From positions 46,251-110,250 of the forward strand of contig CAZTQY010000004.1 in NCBI GenBank assembly GCA_964616425.1: a stretch of 64,000 bases of DNA, read 5' to 3'. Positions 56,982 to 64,000 of this stretch are shown in pieces; positions within the stretch are counted from its first letter, which is position 1; the number at the start of each line of letters is the position of its first letter. The position numbers and the translations under genes are program-made. This DNA comes from an uncultured Candidatus Saccharibacteria bacterium. Lineage in GTDB: Bacteria > Patescibacteriota > Minisyncoccia > Phycocordibacterales > DATDWN01. The notes beneath the pieces were generated by a model that was not told the DNA's origin, made no database searches, and was given only the letters and a program-made list of their open reading frames with translations.

Positions 56982-59141
56982 TTACTCAAAATGTATTTTA
57001 TCTGTTTTGGTTTTGAAATATTCTTGTATCATTGGATATTTTTTAAACTCCACATCTTCATCAACTAGTCGCACTGCTTCGTTTCTAGATGCTTCAACCA
57101 TTTTTATATTTTTGATAGCTTCCATAGCTAGGTCCGAGATACCCCATTGTTTTCTACCATATAGTTCACCGGCACCTCTTTGCCCTAGGTCGAACTCTGC
57201 TAACTCAAATCCATTTTTTGCGGTGGTGAGAGCCTTCAGTCTGTCTTTGGTTTTTGTCCCGTTACTTTCAGGGAACACATAACAATAAGCTTGATGGTTT
57301 GATCGGATAACACGACCTCGTAACTGATGAAGCTGAGATAGTCCAAATCTTTCAGCACCTTCAATGATAATAACAGTTGCATTTGGTACGTTTACCCCGA
57401 CCTCGACTACAGATGTGGCCACAAGTATTTTTGTTTTGTCTTGTTCAAACTTTGTCATGACAGATTCTTTTTCTACTGGAGTCATTTTGCTGTGCAAAAT
57501 ATCTATAGTATATTCTTTGAAAACTTCTTTCTTAAGTCTTTCGGCCTCAAGTGTTACAGACTTTGCTATAACAGCCATTTCTTTTGTTGGGTCTGGTTCG
57601 TCTATTCGGGGACAAATAACGTACAGCTGTCTTCCTGCTTTAAGTTCATTACGAATTTCTTCATAAGTATTTTTTCTATCAACTGTCGGGACAACTTTTG
57701 TGATAATCGGCTTTCTTCCGTGTGGCATTTGGTCTAAAACTGTTATGTCTAAATCCCCGTAAATAGTTAGAGCTAGTGTTCGTGGAATAGGTGTCGCAGT
57801 CATAGAAAGTAGGTGAGGCATCATCTCACTTTTAGTTGTAAGCTTTTGTCTTTGTAGAGTTCCAAAACGATGCTGTTCATCGATAACAACAAATGCAAGA
57901 TGTTTAAATGTTACAGACTTTTGGATTAAAGCATGTGTTCCGATAAGTATTGGTACTTCGCCGTTCGCTACCCATTTTAGTAACTGAGCTTTTGAAATTT
58001 TTGTTGGTTTTGTCGGATCGCTTTTGCTAGGGAATATTTTACATTCACTTCCAGTAACCAGACCTATTTTAATAGGGAGATGTTTAAAATAGCTAATAAA
58101 GTTTTCGTAGTGTTGCTTTGCCAGGATTTCTGTCGGGACCATATATGCAGTTTGGAGGTTTCCATAATCTTTGCCATCAGGTCTAGCTTTTGTTACGGCG
58201 TATATAGTTGTCGCTGCTACAGCTGTTTTTCCAGAACCAACATCACCCTCAAGCAGTCGTGACATGGGGTGGCCTCGACGAAAGTCAGATGTGATGGATT
58301 TTATGGCATCCATTTGCGAAGCTGTAGCTTCAAAAGGAAAACGTTTAACAAAATCCATAATATCTTTTTCACTTGTTTGAATATTGAAACTACTCTTTTT
58401 TGCCCAGAGTTTTTTCTCTTTTTGTTTCTCTAGTTGTATGAAAAATATTTCTTGGAAGGCAAATCTTTTTCTAGCAGATAGGGCATTGTTTTCGTTTTTT
58501 GGTGCGTGGATCCAGATAAGTGCAGTTTTTATTCCAGGTAGATTATATTTTTTTAAAATATCTTCTGGTATAGGGTCGGGGATTGAGTCGAGTACACCAG
58601 CAGAAAATATTTTTTGGATTGTGTGGTACATCCAGTACGAAGTCACCCCTTTGCTTTCTGGATAGACGGGGTACATAGAATGTTCGTCACCCTCAGCTTT
58701 GCCAAAAAGTGAATCACCAACAGCATTTGGTAATTGGTTTATCATCTCTATTTTCGGGTTACTCATATAAAGTTCACTTTTTCTTTCAGTGACTTTTCCT
58801 TCGACTCTAACTAAGGCTCCCTCGCGCATCATCTTTGCTATGTATGGTTGGTTGAACCAAACAAGTTTTATTTTTCCAGTCTCATCTTCTACCACAGCTT
58901 CTGACATAGGGATTTTTTTGATGAATGCCTTGCTGGTTTTTAGCCCTGTGATAGTTCCAAAAATAACAGAGTCATTTCCTTTTGCTAGACTATCGACATA
59001 TGAAACCTTGGCGGTGTCACCGTATCGAACGGGGAAGTGATAAAGCATATCTTCAACACTAGAAATGCCCATTTTAATCAAAGCTTTTCTTTGTATTTCT
59101 GTTAGCCTGAAGTTGTCCTTTAATGTCGAATCTGTGCGCAT
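56982..59141 (-). CDS. recG: ATP-dependent DNA helicase RecG
   Basis: Wedge/OB N-domain, helicase motifs GDVGSGKT, DEQHRFG, QLRGRVIR. Confidence 0.85.
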   Translation of the reverse strand: MRTDSTLKDNFRLTEIQRKALIKMGISSVEDMLYHFPVRYGDTAKVSYVDSLAKGNDSVIFGTITGLKTSKAFIKKIPMSEAVVEDETGKIKLVWFNQPYIAKMMREGALVRVEGKVTERKSELYMSNPKIEMINQLPNAVGDSLFGKAEGDEHSMYPVYPESKGVTSYWMYHTIQKIFSAGVLDSIPDPIPEDILKKYNLPGIKTALIWIHAPKNENNALSARKRFAFQEIFFIQLEKQKEKKLWAKKSSFNIQTSEKDIMDFVKRFPFEATASQMDAIKSITSDFRRGHPMSRLLEGDVGSGKTAVAATTIYAVTKARPDGKDYGNLQTAYMVPTEILAKQHYENFISYFKHLPIKIGLVTGSECKIFPSKSDPTKPTKISKAQLLKWVANGEVPILIGTHALIQKSVTFKHLAFVVIDEQHRFGTLQRQKLTTKSEMMPHLLSMTATPIPRTLALTIYGDLDITVLDQMPHGRKPIITKVVPTVDRKNTYEEIRNELKAGRQLYVICPRIDEPDPTKEMAVIAKSVTLEAERLKKEVFKEYTIDILHSKMTPVEKESVMTKFEQDKTKILVATSVVEVGVNVPNATVIIIEGAERFGLSQLHQLRGRVIRSNHQAYCYVFPESNGTKTKDRLKALTTAKNGFELAEFDLGQRGAGELYGRKQWGISDLAMEAIKNIKMVEASRNEAVRLVDEDVEFKKYPMIQEYFKTKTDKIHFE

Positions 59142-59204
59142 ATGACTAGTTTATCATGTACATAGGTATATAATGTATAGTAGAAATCTCGGAGGGGTAC
59201 CACC

Positions 59205-59480
59205 ATGATGGATGATGTGTTGCACCACGACACTCAGGAACACGCTTACTACCTCTACCTCAAAAGGAAGAAGAAGGGGTTGCCCAACGACCCCATCGCC
59301 GACTGGTATGAGGCCGAGAAAGACATGCGTTCGGCTCACGAGCAGGCTTACGAAGTTGCCGAACGAGTGTTCTTTCATCGAAGAGGTCACTACCCAGAGT
59401 TTTTCGGAGAGCGCTCATTCTTGGATGAGGCTTTCCGAATCATCATGCGTGCTAGGTTCTCAACCGTGCACGCAAACTAG
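59205..59480 (+). CDS. GC-rich island ORF, DUF2934-like small protein
   Basis: GGAGGGG SD; DPIADWYEAEKDM resembles DUF2934 (DWxxAE) signature; followed by GC terminator hairpin (59495-59530). Confidence 0.3.
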   Translation: MMDDVLHHDTQEHAYYLYLKRKKKGLPNDPIADWYEAEKDMRSAHEQAYEVAERVFFHRRGHYPEFFGERSFLDEAFRIIMRARFSTVHAN

Positions 59481-59531
59481 CCCATCCTCTGTTGGGACGC
59501 TCCCGCCCGCCGGACTCTTTGAGCCCGGCGG

Positions 59532-60719
59532 TTATTTATTAAACTTTGCTACTTTTTTTACTGCATTAGCTACTGCTTTTGCTACGCGCTTATCAAATGG
59601 GTTTGGAACAATGTATTTTGGTGACAGTTCTTTTTTTGAAACTAGATTTGCTATTGCTATAGCTGAAGCGATTTTCATTTTATCTGTTATCTGTTTTGCT
59701 CCACTATCTAGTGCTCCACGGAAAATGCCTGGAAAAACCAACACATTGTTTATCTGGTTAGGGTAGTCTGATCTTCCTGTTCCAAAAACTTTTATTTTTG
59801 TTTTTAGCGCTTTTTCCATAGTTATTTCTGGGTTTGGATTTGCCATAGCTATTACGATCGGTTCATCTGCCATAGTATCAACCCATTCTGGTTTTAGTGA
59901 ATCTGCAACAGAGACTCCGATAAATATATCGGCTCCAACTAACGCATGTTCTAGCTGGCCAGAAACTCTTTTTAGATTTGTTTTTTCAGCAATATGAACT
60001 TTATGTGGGTTCATGCCTTCTCTCCCGTGGTGGATTATTCCTACACTATCTACCATAACCATATTGTGACCATTAAAACCGTATTCTATAAGCAGTTTTG
60101 TTATAGCAATAGCGGCAGAACCTGCTCCATTTATTACAATATGTACTCTATTTTTATCTTTCTTAACTATTTTTAAAGCGTTGATAAGCGCTGCTAAAAC
60201 TACGATAGCAGTTCCATGCTGGTCATCGTGCATGACGGGGATATCGAGCTCCTTTTTGAGTCTCTCCTCAATTTCAAAACATCTTGGAGCTGAAATATCT
60301 TCGAGGTTTATTCCTCCAAAAACAGGAGCAATATTTTTTATTGTTTTTATTATTTCTTCTGTGTCTTGTGTATCAAGACAAATAGGGTAAGCATCTATTC
60401 CACCAAATTCTTTAAATAAAACAGCTTTACCTTCCATAACAGGAAGTGCTCCATACGGGCCGATATTTCCAAGACCGAGAACAGCAGAACCATCAGAAAT
60501 GACAGCAACAGAGTTGGCTTTCATGGAGTACAATCGTGCTAGTTTCTGGTCTTTTGATAGAAGTCTTGAAACCTCTGCTACACCAGGGGTGTAAACAGTT
60601 GAGAGGTCATCTTTGTTTTTGATTTTAGTTTTTGAAGTAACTTCTAGTTTTCCTTTCAATTTTTTATGAAGATCAAGAGATTTTTTGTAGTAATTCATTT
60701 TATTTTGATTTAAAGTCAT
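59532..60719 (-). CDS. NAD(P)-dependent malic enzyme (short form)
   Basis: YTPGVAEV, GxGxxG NAD site [27 protein letters not shown] motifs. Confidence 0.8.
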   Translation of the reverse strand: MTLNQNKMNYYKKSLDLHKKLKGKLEVTSKTKIKNKDDLSTVYTPGVAEVSRLLSKDQKLARLYSMKANSVAVISDGSAVLGLGNIGPYGALPVMEGKAVLFKEFGGIDAYPICLDTQDTEEIIKTIKNIAPVFGGINLEDISAPRCFEIEERLKKELDIPVMHDDQHGTAIVVLAALINALKIVKKDKNRVHIVINGAGSAAIAITKLLIEYGFNGHNMVMVDSVGIIHHGREGMNPHKVHIAEKTNLKRVSGQLEHALVGADIFIGVSVADSLKPEWVDTMADEPIVIAMANPNPEITMEKALKTKIKVFGTGRSDYPNQINNVLVFPGIFRGALDSGAKQITDKMKIASAIAIANLVSKKELSPKYIVPNPFDKRVAKAVANAVKKVAKFNK

Positions 60720-62592
60720 ATATTCCTTGCCAGTCTAATGGGGGATTGTGTTCCAGATATTCTATTCTTTCTAAATAGGTTTTACTTGGAGTGTCACCTA
60801 GTAGTACAGCATGATTAAAGTTTTCTTTCGCTTTTATCCAGTCCGCTTTCATATAGTCTTCTCGACCATTTCTAAAGAACTCTAAAGCCTTCGGATCATT
60901 TTTTTCAGTAATCAGCTCGAATATTTTCTTTGGTTCACTTTTTCCTTTTACTCTTATAATATCGAGCTCTCTGAAAGAAAAACCTTCTGCTTTTATATTT
61001 TTTATTATATTTTCACTAACTGCACATTTTGTTCCATAAAAGTTATTGATTCCTTCTAGTCTTGAGGCAAAGTTAACTTCATCGCCGATAACTGTGTAGT
61101 TAAATCTTTTCTTTGATCCCATGTTTCCAACAACAACTTCACCAGAGTTTATTCCGATTCGGATACTTATTGGAGGAAGACCCCTCTTTGACCAGACTAC
61201 ATTTAATTCATTTAATTTAAGCAACATTTCTTCTGCCGCTCTACAGGCATCATCAGTTTGGTTTGGGTTATCAAGTGGTGCTCCCCAAAACGCCATTACT
61301 GCATCACCAATATATTTATCAACCAAACCTCCATGCTTCATTATGATATCAGTCATTTCCGTAAGGTATTCATTCATTAGATGAGTCAGTTCTTCTGGAG
61401 AAAGCTTTTCTGAAATACTTGTAAATCCAGCGATATCAGAGAACAGAATAGTTAGATTCTTTCTCACACCTCCCAGAGCTATTTTTTCAGGATTCTTAAT
61501 TAGTTCATCTATTACCTCCGGCATCAGATAATACTGAAAAGTATTTTGAATAAATTTTTTCTCTCTTGATTCAAAAATATATTGGTAGATTATGGCCAAT
61601 ATACATATAGCGACGAACCCAATAGACAGGTACAAATTTGGAAAGATAATTCCAAATGAAAATAGTGCTAGCCCTAAGATGTTTATACCCACTCCAAGTA
61701 ATAGAAGAGATGGTATAAGAATTATAAATTTTTTAACTTTATTGATTAGCAATATTGCAATAAGAAATGTTAAGGCAAAAAATATGACAACTACTGGAAA
61801 TGAAAAAGACTTTCTAAAATTTCCAGTCATCAGTGTTTCTATTGTGTTGGCGTGGACCTCCACACCAGACATCAAACCAAAAGGTGTATTGAATGTATCG
61901 TGAAGGTCATTTGCAGTTGCTCCAATCAGCACAATCGAATCTTTTATTACAGATTGTGGTATTTTGTCATTCAACAAATCAATAATAGGAATAGTTAAAA
62001 ATGTTCCTTTTGGTCCAAGGTAGTTGATATAAAATTCATTGGGAATTTTTTCTGATGTTACTCCAGATAGTACAACAGAAAAATTTTTGAACCCGTACTG
62101 TTCTGTCTGGCTTTTTCTTACAATACTATCGATGTCTTGATTAACATTTGTAAAAGCTTCAGTTATGTACGGTTGAAATACTGAAAGAGGTCTGTCTGTT
62201 ATTTTCTCTCGATCTGCAAGTTGAACTGGCATAACAACGTTTTTATTCTTTAAAGCGTCAACCAGTTTATTGTCGTCACTTACTCCAAATCTAGATGGTT
62301 CGCTTAAACTAACATCGAGACCTATAATTTTACTATTGTTTATTTTTGATATTGCATTTGCAAAAACTTCTCTAGGCCAAGGCCAAGCTCCAACACGATT
62401 TATACTCTCGCTGTCTATAGCCAGTATTAGTATTTTTTGTGTTGGTGAACTTTTTGTAAAAAATCTATCTGTTAGCTTGTTTTGCCATGAGTCGAGATTC
62501 CCAAAATAATACGATAGGGAAGTGAGTGTCAGAACAATTAAAAAAATCAAAATTAAAACTAAATTTTTCTGATTTGTTTTTGATAACTTCAT
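60700..62592 (-). CDS. CHASE2 sensor domain-containing class III adenylate/guanylate cyclase
   Basis: Periplasmic CHASE2 (WPWPR), TM helices, C-terminal cyclase domain LTILFSDIAGFTSISE...KYIGDAVMAFWGAP. Confidence 0.75.
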   Translation of the reverse strand: MKLSKTNQKNLVLILIFLIVLTLTSLSYYFGNLDSWQNKLTDRFFTKSSPTQKILILAIDSESINRVGAWPWPREVFANAISKINNSKIIGLDVSLSEPSRFGVSDDNKLVDALKNKNVVMPVQLADREKITDRPLSVFQPYITEAFTNVNQDIDSIVRKSQTEQYGFKNFSVVLSGVTSEKIPNEFYINYLGPKGTFLTIPIIDLLNDKIPQSVIKDSIVLIGATANDLHDTFNTPFGLMSGVEVHANTIETLMTGNFRKSFSFPVVVIFFALTFLIAILLINKVKKFIILIPSLLLLGVGINILGLALFSFGIIFPNLYLSIGFVAICILAIIYQYIFESREKKFIQNTFQYYLMPEVIDELIKNPEKIALGGVRKNLTILFSDIAGFTSISEKLSPEELTHLMNEYLTEMTDIIMKHGGLVDKYIGDAVMAFWGAPLDNPNQTDDACRAAEEMLLKLNELNVVWSKRGLPPISIRIGINSGEVVVGNMGSKKRFNYTVIGDEVNFASRLEGINNFYGTKCAVSENIIKNIKAEGFSFRELDIIRVKGKSEPKKIFELITEKNDPKALEFFRNGREDYMKADWIKAKENFNHAVLLGDTPSKTYLERIEYLEHNPPLDWQGIYDFKSK

Positions 62593-62595
62593 GTT

Positions 62596-63684
62596 CTATT
62601 GAGGTGCTACATAGAGTATTTGAGTTTCTGGAGGTGTTTCTGGTGCTGGAGCTTGAGTAATAGTTAACTGCATACTTGCTCTAGATACATTGTTATTTAT
62701 ATCTATGACTGAAACTTCAAACGTTCCTGCAGGAAGACCTTCTGTCATTACTTGAATATTAGTAGGACTCATTATTCTATAGTTAGTGATTGAGTATCTT
62801 CCAATTATAATGGACTTCAATGTTTGGAATCCATTCCCTTTTAGAGTAACTATTGTACCAGGAGCGTTGTTGGTTGTGGTTGGAATAATATTTGTAATAT
62901 CAAACTGTATTCCTGGAGTTGCTGTGACTGTTGGTGTAGGAGTTGGAGTTGGCGCCTGGCCTTGAGTCGTTTTTGGAGGCGTCACAATAACCTGGGCTTT
63001 ATCTTCGGGATTGTTGTATATATACCAAGGTTCGTTTTTATCAGCGTTAGTTATTTTTGAAATAACTATTTTTCCTTCAGCATTGACTGTAGCTTTTTCT
63101 CCAGCTTTAATAACGACTTCACTGTTTGGAATAGTCTGACCTGTCTTTGGATCAACAGCAGATAAGAAAATAGAACCTTCTGTTACTGCTATGGTTGTTA
63201 ATCCATTAAAATACCAAACACCAAATGAAGTTCCTCTAACAGTCGCAACTGCATTAGAGGTTTTAACTTCGTAATATTCTCCAGAGTCAAAAACCTTTCC
63301 AAGTCTAGCCCAGACCGCACCAGATACTAGCGCAATTTTTGTTTTCTTTTCAGATTTTGAGTCATCAGTGATTGTTATTTCAGTATTGTAGTCAATCAGT
63401 GTTTGGTGAGCAGAAGAAGATTCTATAAGAGCACGGCCTGAACTGCCAGTTTTTATTTTTGAACCAACATTTGTTTTTACAGCTTCTTTAATTTCTGCAA
63501 AAGTCGATGATGTCGCTTCTGTTATAGAAACAGTAGGTTCTAGAGGACTAACAGTAACAGGTTGTTCTATTGAGTTTATTTCAGTATTTTTCTGAGGTTC
63601 TTTTTTGTTTCCAAGTAGCCAAATTCCTAAGATGATTAATATTATAGCCAAACCCACACCGCCAAATATTAGATAATTTTTCAT
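62596..63684 (-). CDS. FecR-domain membrane-anchored protein (CHASE2 cyclase partner)
   Basis: N-terminal TM, FecR-like beta-sandwich (VATVRGTSFGVWYFNG), C-terminal Ig-like repeats. Confidence 0.5.
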   Translation of the reverse strand: MKNYLIFGGVGLAIILIILGIWLLGNKKEPQKNTEINSIEQPVTVSPLEPTVSITEATSSTFAEIKEAVKTNVGSKIKTGSSGRALIESSSAHQTLIDYNTEITITDDSKSEKKTKIALVSGAVWARLGKVFDSGEYYEVKTSNAVATVRGTSFGVWYFNGLTTIAVTEGSIFLSAVDPKTGQTIPNSEVVIKAGEKATVNAEGKIVISKITNADKNEPWYIYNNPEDKAQVIVTPPKTTQGQAPTPTPTPTVTATPGIQFDITNIIPTTTNNAPGTIVTLKGNGFQTLKSIIIGRYSITNYRIMSPTNIQVMTEGLPAGTFEVSVIDINNNVSRASMQLTITQAPAPETPPETQILYVAPQ

Positions 63685-63765
63685 TTGATAAATATATCAC
63701 GACAAGAGGGGATAATCTATGTTTTATTGTGGCTATTGACAATATGGGGGATTGTAGTGGTATGA

Positions 63766-63969
63766 TTGTCTGGGGAGGATACAACAGTGGCACACAAGGA
63801 AAAGCCGCTCGACAGGTGGACCGAAGAAGATTCTTCTCGGGTGACATCATTTGGGATGGCTGATCTACGGAATGGCCATCCCCAGATCCAAGTACTATTC
63901 GACCCCAAAAAGGGTGACGACAGGGATGCTCCAAGCTTCGTGATTCATTCACGCAGTGAACGCAGGTAG
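63766..63969 (+). CDS. GC-rich island at window edge, uncertain ORF
   Basis: GC-rich from ~63770 to end with GGGGAGGA SD and TTGACA/TATGAT promoter-like boxes upstream; track ORF begins at TTG; frame uncertain. Confidence 0.15.
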   Translation: MSGEDTTVAHKEKPLDRWTEEDSSRVTSFGMADLRNGHPQIQVLFDPKKGDDRDAPSFVIHSRSERR

Positions 63970-64000
63970 TTTCCTTGGTCGGAGGGCGCGTGAATACATC

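Noticed and set aside
1-64000. CRISPR arrays or cas genes
   Set aside because: No regularly spaced direct repeats or Cas-like ORFs detected anywhere in the window.

Overview
The window reads as a low-GC (~35-38%) bacterial segment that I infer to be Patescibacteria/CPR-like. The reasons: rpmD (L30) is absent between rpsE and rplO; there is no infA/rpmJ after map; many core genes have a -10 box 6-9 nt before the ATG and no Shine-Dalgarno (leaderless); ComEC is split into two genes; a type IV pilus cluster is present.

Gene content, left to right:
- tig (partial), ppaC, nusA (minus strand)
- a type IV pilus locus: pilB, pilC, a ~600-aa pilin-like protein, and pseudopilins
- tpiA, pgk, a HIT hydrolase, recJ, rnhA
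- comEC N-terminal gene, then ybjQ and a Fe/Mn SOD (both on the minus strand), then the comEC metallo-beta-lactamase gene
- rpmB, an M50-like protease
- the str/S10/spc ribosomal superoperon: rpsL, rpsG, fusA, tuf, rpsJ, rplC, rplD, rplW, rplB, rpsS, rplV, rpsC, rplP, rpmC, rpsQ, rplN, rplX, rplE, rpsN, rpsH, rplF, rplR, rpsE, rplO, secY, adk, map, ndk
- a beta-CASP MBL hydrolase; rplT, rpmI, infC (minus strand)
- tmRNA (ssrA) next to smpB; ftsH
- a small GIY-YIG gene immediately upstream of tRNA-Ile(UAU)
- recG, malic enzyme, and a CHASE2 adenylate/guanylate cyclase with a FecR-domain partner

The most striking feature is a set of about ten small GC-rich islands (55-60% GC). Each has its own promoter, a GGAGG ribosome-binding site and a terminator, and carries one small ORF with no obvious relative among the others. 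Most sit in intergenic gaps of the otherwise conserved ribosomal superoperon (rpsG/fusA, tuf/rpsJ, rpsJ/rplC, rplB/rpsS, rplE/rpsN, secY/adk), and several carry a promoter that re-drives the downstream genes.

Other non-standard elements:
- a ~120-nt intergenic repeat present in three copies
- a ~100-nt duplicated leader containing a conserved short uORF, upstream of comEC-N and of the sodA-ybjQ unit
- a GC-rich structured non-coding island near nusA
- a ~115-nt long hairpin upstream of a membrane protein gene
- a partial duplication of the tRNA-Ile 5' end flanking the GIY-YIG gene

No CRISPR array or recognisable transposase/integrase was seen. All functional calls are from reading the ORF translations by eye; no database search was possible.
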